DNA from: Tubiluchus corallicola
Taxonomy: Eukaryota; Animalia; Priapulida
Length of the DNA stretch: 64,000 nucleotides
Direction: 5' to 3'
Assembly (NCBI GenBank): GCA_030141605.1
Contig: JAQGDQ010000116.1
Coordinates: 248,001 to 312,000, forward strand
The translations under genes were made by a program, and so were the position numbers. Positions within the stretch are counted from its first letter, which is position 1, and every line of letters begins with the position of its first letter. Below are positions 11,901-25,894 of this stretch, piece after piece. The notes below the pieces were generated by a model that was not told the DNA's origin, did not search any database, and was given only the letters and a program-made list of their open reading frames with translations.

Positions 11901-14900
11901 TACATAGTACACAGTCCATAGGGCCATAGAAAAAATTGATAAAATGTCTCGAATTAAAAAAAAGTAAGTCTATAAAAATACATATTCGTTTAATCGAAAT
12001 AATCATTTTTGGTATACCGAAATATATTATAGGATTTAACGTTGCTTTCGACGCACACGGTTCCCCGCATAATCTACGAAATTATAAGAGATTTTTTCAC
12101 GCATTAAAGAACAGAAAAACGGTAAAGCTTGAGCTGCAATGATAAATTTAGCTGGCGACCTGTGTAAGGTCTGAGATCAAACGAATGTCGAGATTATTTC
12201 TGGTTGGTGTGTCCTTTCACAAAATTTGTTACCTGAAAGGTCATGTTTAATAGAATTTTAATGTTTGGTCAATTGACGACGTGACGTACGTGTGAAAGTT
12301 AAAATCAACAACGTTTGCGTCGGGTCGCATGGAAATAAAGTGCTGGTACGAAGGCAACACTAGACTGTGAATTCGAGAGTGAAAATGTGAAATAAATTAC
12401 ATTTCTGACACATTATAGTGAAATTTAATCAATGTTAGGCGCATTTTTCACCTTTAGGTCGCAATCACGAAAAATAATTAACGGGTATATTTATACGGTC
12501 ATTGTAAAATCAATCGCTGTGGTACGTGAATAACATAAACGATTTTTATTCTCTGGTGTTTTCAACAGAAACAAGTTTGCTTCTGTTTTCTTAGCGTTTA
12601 CAATAAAGATACGTTAAGAACATTGATTCTGTTTTTTTAATGTTTACAACAAAAAACAAGTTAATTGACACTGCTTCTATTTTTGGACTTTAAACAAAAA
12701 CAAGTTAATAACATTGTTTCTGTTTTTTAACCTTTATAACAAAAACAGTTTAAGAGCAAAAATTGTCCAACGGATTACAAGCACAGTAAAGTCCACCACA
12801 AAAGCGATTTGCGGTTTTTTCTTGTAGTACTTGGTCCAGGGAATAACATTTCAAAAGTAACACGAGATTGGAGTATCACAAAGGCCCTAACTATAACATC
12901 AAAAAGATTGCCGCCACTTGACCACAATGATTGGATATTTACTATTCAGTCTACCAGAATGGCAAAAAATTGCGCATTTTGACTTAAAAGCATAAAACTT
13001 TGCACAATGCTGCTAGAAGCCATTAAGGTGATTAATTTTGGTTATTGAGTCAATGAAAAGTCACCCAATGTGACCGAATTTTCTAAGATGGCCGACAAGA
13101 TGGCCATTGCTTATATTGGCCATATTTTTTAGCTATTAAAACAGATAGAATGATGATTTTGGTGTCTAAATGTAGGTTTTCAAGGTCAAGGAATTCATAT
13201 CTGATGCTTAAATACTCCCATAGCATCACCCCATTTATGATTTCAAAATGGCTGCAAATGTTGCACAAAATGACAGAATTACACCTTTTGTCTCAAAAGT
13301 ATGAAACTTTGACCAATGCTAAAACGGGTGATTAATTTTGGATGTGGAGGCAATCGAGATGGCCGACAAGATGGTTGCTGCTATCTTATAAGATGTCATT
13401 TCATTTAAGAATTATCTTGATTCGCCTTCCTTTCTTCGTGAACAAAGTCTTTTTAAAGACTAAAAAAGTTAAAACTGTTTTGTCAACTAGCATGTACTTT
13501 TTACAACGTACTAAGGTTATGTGTGACCACTGATATGATTCCTCGAATTAATATTACACGTGCAAAATTACAATTGCGTTAGGTACATTGCTACACTCTA
13601 TATAACGTCGGGAACAGGTAAATGGCTGCTCAGGAGATTTTCGAATGTTGAAAAATATCAATTCTGTCAGCTTTTACTGGCAGCGAACAAACTTCAGACT
13701 TTGCCAGGAGAGGAAAAAAGACAGTCTGATTTACATAGCGTCTGAAGAGTTAACAAGAATTGGATATCACTAATCATTATTGCTAGAGTTAAGAATATTG
13801 TTTTTGTTTTTTATACTTTCGCCAGCAAAGGTTAAGAACAGTCTGTTTCAAGATGCTGTAGGAAATGTGAAAAGCTTAATGGTAGTGACGCGCAAACTCA
13901 GAAAAAAGCATAAATGCTGTAGAGAAAAGTTTGAAAAAAATACCAGTTGCATGTATTAAACGTCTTTAATCCAGCAAACCAAACAGAGGTGTATCGGCGA
14001 TTTTTGTTCAAAACTGCATACAATGTAAATAAGTACTATATTGCTGTACATGAACAATTACTGCACGGCAGCTGAGTTAAAAGACAACATTTTACAATTA
14101 GTCCCAAAAGCCAAAACTGCAGACAAAGTGGCGGATTCACAAAGCTTCTTACGAATTGTTTTATTCGTAAGAACATTTTTAGGCTTAGGACGGAATACGC
14201 AAATGTTTCGCAACTTAAGAAGGTTGTTAAATGCGATCGTAACTTTACGAAAACAAAAAATTCCTACAAAGTTTCTTACGAATATTCTTACGAATGTGTT
14301 AGCGAATCCGGCCCCAAAACTGGAAAGCGCCGAATTAAAAACATTAACAGCAACTGACCTATCACAACTCTCGTATATGCTTAGCCACTCGGTGTTTTAT
14401 CACTTTTTGTTAATAGACGAGTAAAAACTTAAGCCAAACATGATAACAAACCTTGTGACAACCTCTGTAAAATTACCTAAATAGTTAGATAATTGCCTTT
14501 TTATTTAATTAATGCCAGAAGTTGGCTGCTGCTGTCACTGTAAACTAGCCTGTGTCTTTTCAGTTTGTCACGTTCAACCCCCCACTCCACCCCACCCCAA
14601 TGCTTTCTGTGTAATAGATTTCAAGGCTGATACGTATCAAGACAAAAAACTTCCATCCTACTTTGTTCGCTCAGTTAATAAATTAGTTAATGTACATTTT
14701 TGTTTTCGCTGCGTCCCGAAAGGACACCTACAGAGCACAAAGAATGTTTCAAAATTATTAAAATTACAGTGTGCAGCTAAACGACACTTGTTTTCGACAA
14801 AAACATTTTATCCTCAACATATGTACAAGTGCACTTATACAACTTTGATTTTAAATCCATTCTACTGCAGCATATTACTGCAATACAATCATGTGAATAA

Positions 14901-17900
14901 CGGCTATATTTAATTAATGTAAGAAAAAAGTCAAAGGTATTCATAAGTATAAATACAATACAAGTGAATGGCTATTATTTAAAGAGTAGGCTAGCCAGTG
15001 AATTTCGTTGAGTTATTTGATTTTAGAAATAGATGAAAAGAGGCCATAATTATATGTGCTGATCGAATCATTAGTAATGAAACTTTCGAAATCAGATATA
15101 CCGAGTGAAAAGGCTTTCTAATATAAATCAAATAATTACAACAGCTGCTGACCTCCTTGCACCAAATGACATCAAACACGATATGTCTAAACAAATAAAC
15201 ACAATCATAATATCATTAAACATAAGAATTATGTTTATATATAGTTATAAAGCGTTTATTGCGGGTGGCCGTTTATCCTTTAAGCCTAATTATTTTGCAA
15301 TTTTAGTGAAATTGGCGTTTTCATTTTCACTCAGTGAAAGGCACAGAGTTTTGCTGCACAATAGGTTACTGTTCTAAGCTGATATGAGCTGGATAGTAAA
15401 GCTTTCACTAAAACATTTTCAAAGAGATGTAGTACAGAATATACACAGATTAATATTTATTGTTTTAGAACTCAGTCATTTGTAACTAAAAATACTTGAG
15501 TCCCCCCAACTGTTGCCATAAAGTTAGGTCCTGCTGCTCTGTTTTGCCCTTTAAGGAAAGGCGCTGTAGAGAACTCATCCGTCAATTTTCTAATAGATGA
15601 GAGGCCTATAGTTCAATAAAAACACATTTTCCCTACCAAAATCTTATTGACTTCTCTGCCTCTTGACTTCTTCGCCAATTATATCTTAGGCGAGAGGAAC
15701 GGCAAGTTAAGCAACACTAAATCCGTAAACTATGTCATTAAATTTATCTTTAAAGGCAAAACGATAACTTTTTCCTCCAAAGAGGTGCTGATAAAAATGA
15801 AGACGTTTCTTCTTTAACGCCGAATTGGTAACTGAATTTATTTTAAGGAAAAATGATACCCTTTCTCTTTCAAATAGGGTGTTAATTTGAAAACGTTAAT
15901 TTAAAAAGGGAATTTGCCGCGTTCAAAAAAATATCACGGTGTTTGAATACGTTTATCAATTATTAACATAAATTGACTTGGAAGTTGAAAGTTGAAAACC
16001 TCGATGTCAACTAAACAAGAGAGACTATGTGTCATGCGCTGAAGTGAACCAGAAGCTTACAAATCCTGACAGGTATTTTATCAAATTCCACAACACAAAG
16101 TTAAATTCCAAGAGACTACCAAAAATTTCCGTAATCGTGTGATGTACCAGTTTGTGGATGTATGGAATTCACGCGAAAGTTAGTTTATTTTAAATTTGCC
16201 TAGCTTGACAGGAAAAGCATTTTATTCTGTTTTACAACTTACATACAGGATTAGCTTAGGTGTTTGCAGATACATCTCTAACCTTTAATTAAATGTACAA
16301 ATGGAATTGTACTGAAATACTGAAATAGAATAAAAAACATTTGAATTTGAAACTGTGTTAAATTCATTTGAAAATGCACCAGAACAGATCCAATGCACAA
16401 AAATGCAGAAAATACATCTTTACAATAGAATTCATTACAATAGAATTCAATAGAATGAGGCTCAGGGTGGAGCCCGTTTGTTATGAAGGTCCTATCATAC
16501 ACATCTGCTGCGGCAAGGGGTTTATAACTGCGCTACTACCCTTAATAATTTGAGTAACGATAATAAATAAATTAAACCAGAATTGACAAGCAAAGCTATT
16601 ATAAGGACAAGTTGCTGAAGATTCCATAATGCAGAAAAACAAGTTTTATAACGTTCCTGTCGCGTCTTTTGTAAAAATTACTCTGCTTGATTACCCAGGG
16701 CTTATGATATGCTAGTCATACTCCCGGAAGTTCGTAAAACAGTCACAGCTTACACATCTGCAAATAACATTAGACAATTTATAAACACCTTTTAGCATAA
16801 ATACTAAAAAGTTCAAGGTAAACATCATTTCACTTTGAGCATTTAGCCTGCTTTTGGTTTTTGCATCATGGCCTTTGGTTATTCATAAGACATGTAGTAA
16901 CTACTAACTAGACCACACTCCCCAATGGCTATAACCACCACCAAACAAATGAGAAATACAAAACTTTTGTCACACACTTTCAGCATAAACATTGTGTTAT
17001 TCTAATGACAGAGTTCATGTTTCTGTGTCATTTGCTGTAGTTTATATAAACAGAAATTAGATTAAATGTCAATATAAATGTCATTTTTCGTATACGACGA
17101 TTAATTTAGTAGTTGGGTGGGCACGCGCGAAAATATGCGGTGAGTGGTACCGCCAGTCCAAATATGATCAATGCTAAATTATCTGATGCTGTAATATGCT
17201 CTAAATTAATATGGAATGATAAATTATTGCCTAACTAATACTGAGTTTATTATGTACGCAGCGTTATACAAAAATATACAAATAAGTAAACGGTATGTGT
17301 TGTTATTACTATGACCTATTAACAGCTAATGAAACATGATTTTTTTCAATTGTGATAGTACAGGAGTGAGATCTTCGGCATACTGGGAATATTCTAAGAA
17401 CGGGTATCTAGATGTGACTTAAATTTACATAGATTTCTATGGATAAAAATATAATTCCTGTAGATGGCGACAATACTGTAAACACTTTCCAACGAAAGAT
17501 AAGTGGCACCATCTAGTAATAAAAGTTGCAGTGTCTTCTTGTACACATCTGTTGCCTGTCCCATATAAAGTACTATGACCAACTCGGAAGACAAAAAATG
17601 ACAATTTATGAAGAGAAAGAATACAATAGCTACGTTCCCATGGCTTTTGCTGAAACTAAATAAGATTCTGATAAGCACAGCTGTAAGCAATAGCATGATT
17701 CTCTCGTTTATTATATAGCTGGCAAATACACCCCCCGCACCCCGCCTTCAAGTCTCAATCAGGTAATAAATGTTACAAGTATGTCTACTTGCCTACGTAT
17801 GTAGATATCATGGTACATGTACAAACATTTAAAAGTTGATTTAAACTGACAATCACGTATTCATACGATGCAAAAGATGGTAATATGCATTATGCATGAA

Positions 17901-20900
17901 TAAATTGCATATTAATTCTTCCATAAGTTTGACACTGCGAAATTTTATTTGATCTCGGCTATGGAAAAGAATCATGCATCGCAACTAGTTCAGCTGCAAA
18001 TAAATTCACGTATGTTCGTCAAAGCTGTTACGAAAATAAAAATAGCCTTCAAAGTAACTCCGACTGTCCGACTGCGTACGCCAGTTTTTTGTGTAATTCA
18101 TGCAAAATAGACCGTTTTTAATATCATATTAACATGCACGATCAGATTTACACGAAAAGTACCAGGATTGCGTTTTCTGTGCTGTTACTCTACAAAGTGA
18201 CGAGTTCCAGTGAAAAAGGTCAAGCGATGCGAAGATTACGTGTATAATCTTTTTAAATTGCCACTTGAAGACATTTTCAACGTACTTGCTAATAGAGCAG
18301 CAAATACGAACCAAAGCATTATAAATGAGGTGTGGATATATAGGCACCAAGTCGGAAGGTTGGTAGAGACTAATTATACCTAGCGATAGTTGAAAACATT
18401 ATCAACAGTGAAGGAGGTGATCTAGAAAAAAGTTAGGAAATTTGCCAAAAGCGGATTTATGCAACATAATGGTAACTTGAGTTTATTGATAACTAGAGTG
18501 AAAACTGTAATGCAATATGTTATCATCACCGTTGAAGTAGCCAAGGTCGCTGTCGTCATCATCACCATCTTCATGGTATCACTATCTTCACCGTTATTGT
18601 GATCATTAAACTACCCCATCTACTACCATCACCGTCCCATAAAATGACGAACTGGCCAGGTTAAGCAAGCAAAACACTTAGCAAGCAGAAGATAACGAAA
18701 ACAGACAGCAAATGCGGCTATGCAAATACAGCTAATTAACAAAGTGACTTCAAAAGGTTAACGAAACTGCAGATCCAATGGAAGTGCATACCGTGCTTAT
18801 TAATATCAAAGCTAAGGAATACCACCATTTTGGTTTTAATCTTTTAAGAGCAAATTTTATAATAATTATTATTTAATTACTACAATTCTCTGTTTAAATT
18901 TAAAATCACCCACACATACACATATATGATATTTATTATGTACAATACGGCAATACGGACACCTCTATTTGCTGGGTATTATAAACCAATTCTGAAAATA
19001 CTATTGTAAAATTTATGATTGCACTGGTAAATAATTAATATACTTATAGGTAAGAGATATCTTGCTCTTACATCAAATTAATATAAACGTACAAATAATA
19101 TTAGATAGCAATCACAGCACCAGTTTACACATAACGAACTGTGTGAATGTGAAATTGACTAGAAATAGCAACTACATTAAGTACTTACAAATTATGAATT
19201 AAGGACGTAATAATGATCAAGAAAAATAAAGTCTAATAAGTTCTTTAATTCAATGAAATTTTTATTTTGAATCACAGAAAAAATAAAGTAATTATGTTTA
19301 GCAAAATATCCTAAATCAGGAAGTGCACATACTGATATTTGTTCTGTTATGCAAAGTTTAATAATTTATATTAATTAAAATTTGTGAAAAATGGTTCTCG
19401 TACTAACGTACTAAAAGCAAAAACGAGGTTTTTGTCATGAGTAGCGTAAATTTTGCTAATGTTCTGAAATTGCGGATATTTGTGAACGTTTTATTTTGTT
19501 TTATTTCAACCTTTTATTTTCGTCTACCAGAGTACCATTAAAAATCAAATGTTCAACTGTTTGTGTATCCTCTAAGCATATACGTGCATTTTCGTTTATG
19601 TATCTAATTTTAAACAGAAAACCTTTAAAGTTATTTTTCCTAGTAACGTACTAGAAGACAGTTTTTTCCGGTCTCATACTCGCAGGAAGAGGAAGGTCTG
19701 CCGGAGTTAAGAATAGATAAGATTTTTAGAAAGAATAGATAAATCCAGATATTGGTAGCGAGTTCGTCATCTATTTTTACATGGATGTAATATAAAGTGC
19801 CCAATATCCTGTTTTTTGTACTCAATGATATTTAACCGTGTTTTTATTAATCAATAGAGCGCGAGTTATTATAATTTACATAATTTTAAATATTGATCTG
19901 TAGTCTGTAGAAGAGCTGCTTCTAAGCACAGAAAAGTTCACATCAACTAAATTCATTAAAATACACACGCATTAGCTTTGACAAACAGATTAAAATGTTC
20001 AAATTCAGTACGTAAGTAGTAAATAGGAATTTTCTTAGTCTAAGTATTCTGTTACAGTGTGAAAAAAATTCCAACTTATTTTACTTACTTGCATTTATCA
20101 GTTATGCCGGTGTAGATAAACGCTATTCATGTTATTAACAATACTCTTGGCTGTAAGCCACTGTTCTTGGCCTGCGCCTGACGGATGGGCTCTTTTTATC
20201 TTCTTTTTTTGCTTTACTCACACTTAGTACTCACGTTTTATGAGGAAGGTGGAAGTACTGTACATGTATAACTATCACAAAATAGGTAATAACATGTCGA
20301 CAGACTACGTGTAAGCCTATATCTATACTTCAGTTTTTTTGACAGTATATACGTGAGTATATCGCAAAAATAATATATTCTGCAATGTACTTTACTTCAA
20401 TATATATGTATATCTTCAATTTACAGGGAGACCTTTCATCTGCTCTATAACTGGTATAATATTTATGCCTATTGTTAGGAAAACTTCTAAAGAAACCTTT
20501 CTGGTTTTTTTTAAATTTTGACACAGAAACATAAAAAAAATCAAGGCCAAGCACAGGCAAATTGTTGAACTGTGTAATTAGAGCAACAGGTTTGAATCGG
20601 GAACATTTCTTGCTGCTCAAATGGCAGAAAATTATGACCGCAAGTCATTTAAACGTGATTATTTTGAAGAAAAGATTTCAAGCGCGCCTTCCAGCCACAT
20701 TTGTTAACACGCTGGTATGCACCGCTTGGCACCTGCTTAAGTAATTACGTTCGAAGATCCTGAAGATTAAGCTTCTCCCGTGACGGTAAAAAAAAGCTAG
20801 CCCAATGTTTGCGCCGTTTCACTACGTCGAACATGGAGAAATTTATGATGGTGTATTCCTACAACCTTGAGTGCTGAATAAACTCCCAAAGGCACACATT

Positions 20901-23573
20901 TCAACAAGGGCACAACCTGGGTGCATTAAACAGAGTTCCGCTACTTTAACCTTGAGACAGCTACCGGTTCGATATTTTGATAAAATATTACGTGCTAAAT
21001 AGCAGAAAAATATCAAACTGAATTACTTCACAAAAATATATTAGTTTTCATCGGAAGAAATTTTGACTGTTATTTTTGGAAATGCAAAATTTCGGTGACT
21101 CTTTCTACATAGCCTATATGTATGAAACATGTTTCAATCTGCTTCCAACTACACTTTTTGACGGAGTTTTGCTTTGTTTTTTTTCTTTCTTCTTGAACTA
21201 ATCCTTAAAAACCTTTTCACAACCCCCTTGCTTTCTTCTATACATTCTTCTTGTTTCACTGTCATCTTGGCTTCACGATGGCTACTTCTTAGCTATGCAA
21301 TGCAGCAAAAAAGCAGAGGAAATGTCGGATGTTGACGGAATTGCAAAATGTATTGTATTTCAATTATACAGAAATAAATAATCTAATCTAATAATTTAAT
21401 CAAACCTATAAAGCAGCTTAGCAACGGTCTTGCATTTCAAGTGGCCTAGTTTTGTCTGTAGTCTTCTAATATATGTCATAGTCATTTTCGTTAAAATTAA
21501 AGCAACAGAAGAGTTTACACAAATTTTCTGCGTAGTTGATCAACTAAGATTATGGTACTACATATAGAAATATATGTAGATATGTATATATAAAAATATG
21601 TTTAAATGAATTGAGTCTCATATTATTAATAGCATAATTCACAATTTGCCAGTTTAACAAGGCGTTTAGAAATGAAGGGTTGCCATGCTGAAGATTATAT
21701 ACTCTTTGTAGTGAGCTTTGGCTATAGATTAGATCTAGATTAGATTAAATTTATTGGCTAATTCTTACAATTATACGATCAATCAACAGTTAAAATAACT
21801 TAAGACAACAAGACGCAAAATTAGTGACTAACTTAGTGTCCTTTTGAGTAAGGACAGTCAATAGAGAACAATTGTTATAATCGCTAAAAATATTATGTTT
21901 CTCACAAAAGCAGCACTTGCTTTTCGTCTGGTACGGCACCATTTGCCATTACCACCCAGCGCGCAGTTACATACGCGCGTATGTCTTGATCCCTGCCTCC
22001 ACTTTCCAGTTTCTACCAAAAATCCGTGAGTATAACCTGCAACGAGTCCAACGAATCCTGTCTTCTGATATATCTGAAATGGCCTTTGAGTACAACAGAG
22101 AAGACTTAAACGAAGGACCCACTGTTGGGTAAGTTACCATGCGGCTTTTTTCAGACATGCAGGTACGTTTAGAACGGTTCGCTTTAACCATAGCCACGAA
22201 ATTATCGACTAGAAATAAAATGTTATTCAAGTAGGAGATCACAAGTAATCATGGCTACACGACCTTGTGCTTATAAAAATTTCGCGTTTGTCTCTATTTT
22301 CCATCGCTTTCTGCAGATACTTTTGTTCTTGGAATTTAATCCAAGCTCGGGAAGACGGTATAATAGTCTCTAAAAGGCAGCGGTCATTCTGAGTCTAATA
22401 CTACACGCCAATGCAGGACTTAATATTTGACATGCTGTATAAAGAATTTCGCATTTCCGATATCATGGGTTAGCCAACTTTCACAAATGTAAAAAATAGC
22501 AGACCAGGGCTGTGCGTAGCACGAGTGATTTCGTTGCAACAGGATTCATTCTTTTTTGGCGAAAGCTGAAAACTTCAGGTGGTGCGCTAGTTTTATGTCT
22601 CAATGTTTAGCTAGGACAGATTGCATTTTACATCTTTGCAGAAAGCAGCCCTAAGATACTCGTAGTAATCACAAGATTTTACACAAAGGTCGTCCACTAA
22701 AATAGGCTACACGTTCTCTTCGTCACCGTTAATTGAAAAAAATTTAGTTTGCACAAAATGGCTTAAGAGTTTTGAGGTCTGGTTATCAGCCCAGCCCAAA
22801 CGGACAGCGCGTAAGATAAACAGTACTGCCAGAGAATTTTTCTGGTGTTACTGAGAAAAAAGGTAACATCTCGAAGTACTTAGTATACCTTGAGTTTTAA
22901 CGAGAATGGAATACTTGATGCAAGAACTTCTAAATTTGCTGGTCGTGATGGAGAAGAATATTGGGCGAATATAACGCCACTTGGGTCTTCTAATTGACAG
23001 TCATCTACGTTACTTAAATCACGCTTCCTACACATGAACAAGCAACCAGTCGGTGATTGTTCGTTAAAACGTTGAAAGCATTTGTCCATTTAGTCAAAGC
23101 ATTGGTTTGTTAAGCACTCTTTGCTAGTTTACATAGGAGTCACTGAAGGTCCTGATTCAGGAACTAGAAGACAGAAAAAGAATGGGGTCAACTATAGGCT
23201 CACACATATCTTACGAATGCAAAATTAGCTTCTCGAAGCGATAACAGTTTGAAACTACACACAATAAACGACGAATTTTCTAGTCTTGTAATGCCTAATA
23301 GAAGATGAAACACTTATAGCAGAAATTAAATAAAAATTCTACGTACGTGCAGTCGGTGAAAACTGCATCATCAATTCGAATGTAAACAAAAAGTTACATG
23401 TATAATGCAGTGCAAAAAATAGCAGCCAGGGAAATATATTATTATTATTATTTGCTACAGCTTCTACTAGTACTACTACTACTACTACTACTACTGCGAC
23501 TGGCTGCCGCTGCCACCACCACTACCACCGCCATGACCATCACCACCACCACCACCATCACCACCACCACCAC

Positions 23574-23617
<44 letters not shown>

Positions 23618-25860
23618 ACGCCATTACTACTATTACCACGCGGGTACTGTAGTTTATTTGTAAATGTTTTCACAATTAAGTGGAAATTTGAGCTTAGCAG
23701 CATTAGGTCAGTGGTGTTATGAATTAATTCTAAAATGAAACGAAAAATCTAAAAATTCTCTTTTGAGTTAAGAGTAGCATTTTTCAGTTAATAAAGTGTC
23801 ATTATAAGTTCTTAGCTCAAATTTTGCCCAGAAGCAAACACTTTCGTTGACAGTTTGACACATGAAAAAATCTACAGAAAATACGAATGTACGAGGTTAT
23901 TGAACAACACACTGTGTACCACTAAATTCATTAGATATAATTTTAACATAATTATTGATTAAGTATACGTATTACCTCTTTACCAATATAGCGCTAAATA
24001 AAATTTGTTGAAATATATAATCTGAATCAATATGACGCGAAGAGGTTCGAAATGCTTAACCCTGGTTAAATAAACATTGCTTTATTGAAATTTTAATAGA
24101 TTTCTTCTGCAAGAATCGTTCCAAGCAAGGCGTTCTCCGCTTACCTTAAGAATTAAAATTCGAGGAAGAGAAAGCGCAGAAAAACAGACTGCTTAGTGCA
24201 ACTCTGTCATAGTGATATTTTGTTGTTGATGATGATGATGATGACGATGTCGATGACGACCATGACGATGATGACGATCATAGTGACGATTATGACTGAC
24301 AATAATGCTGAAAATAATGATGATTAACGTTAGAAGAAATCACGATGCTAAAAAATTTCGCATAAAGGCACTCTTATATTCAATTATATTATAATAAATC
24401 TATTGATAATAATCCAAAATATATTGTACAATAATATCAGAAAATTCTCGTAATAATGACTAGTGCATGTGAGCTCTAAACTTGCACTGAATTACTGCAG
24501 TGCTTGCAATCTCGTCACATTATTCTACATAATTTCGCGTAAAAAAACAAATCACAAGCACTTAACTTTTACAGAAAGTAGGCCATCTGGTATCCGATAA
24601 GAAACGACGAGGAAGTAAAAATGAGTAAAAGGAGCGTTAAAAATTATCGAAATATAAGCCTTGTGCTTGTAATTTGTCACTAACATGCCCGTATCTTTGG
24701 TCAGTTTATTATTAAGACTATTCGATAAGCTCTCACAAGGCATTACAGCAGCGATAAAAATCTCACAAAATTATAGAGCAGCAACGGGGAAATATTATTA
24801 CAAGGGTAACTCGCTAAATAGTCATTTGGGTTCAAAAATCTATAATTAAAAAGTGATAATATACTATATTAGAGTCTATATCATCGTATATCTAGTAACA
24901 ATGCAAAATATCCAAGGACGATACGTGAGTCTTGTTAGATTTGTTACAATTGAAATATACAGCCAATGCAGAATGTTGGGAAATACATTGCTGATATAAT
25001 TTTGTATCGCACTGAAAAGATACGCGCATACACTCTCGTGAAATTTCGATCGACAAGCTATACAACCGTGCTACAACCAGATTATTACAGTTTTGGGGCA
25101 GAAGCTACAGAGAACACATGTAACATAAAATTTACATCCAGTTATCATTACGGTTACCTTTGATACTACGTTATCAAAAATTAATATCATATAATAAAGA
25201 ATGTTCAGTTGCTACATTTTTCCATTTGCTATAATTCCAATTAGGCTTATACTTAATCAGCATCTTGCTTACAGAATCCACGTTTGTTTAAACAACCTAC
25301 TTCTAACGAGTTGCTGTAGGTAAGAGATTTGATCGACACTGTATTTTCAGTGGATTATAAAATAAATTTATTGTAGTGGTGCGAAATTTCGTTTTAAAGT
25401 TCAAAAAGGTATGCAAACGGACGCTAAAAAAGAATATCAGTCTTTACTAAATCTGCCGGCAGACTATTCAGTTGAACAGATTAGGATGAGCGCAAGAGAC
25501 TGAATGATTGCCGAGTGTCAGCTTAAACAATATTAGGTCATATGCATTGTACAAATATCAACCTATAGATAGCTTAAGCAGTAAAAGTCCCACTCACTAT
25601 TTTTTTAAGACAAATGACTATTTAACTTTTGATCCTGATATCAAAATATAAGCCTAATAGGTTAACATTAGACATGATCCTGCCTTAATAGGTTATCAGT
25701 ACTTCAGTATGGGTTTCTTTTGAAGATGTGAGAAACATAGTTATCAAAATAAAACATTTCAATTAAAACATCGTATTACGTATAGCAAAATGTGTATAAC
25801 GCATTTTATACGCATTATGCATAAATATATATATATATATATATATAGTTCCTCAATCCT

Positions 25861-25894
<34 letters not shown>

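Noticed and set aside
14041-14424. 127-aa ORF
   Set aside because: Its core is a Harbinger-like MITE and no domain is recognisable.
17532-17663. Short + strand frame CLLVHICCL...FAETK*
   Set aside because: The acceptor lacks a pyrimidine tract, no partner exon was found, and the length is within chance expectation.
23398-23703. Poly-L/T/S/A/G ORFs resembling a signal peptide or mucin
   Set aside because: Compound trinucleotide microsatellite that is open in several frames by construction.
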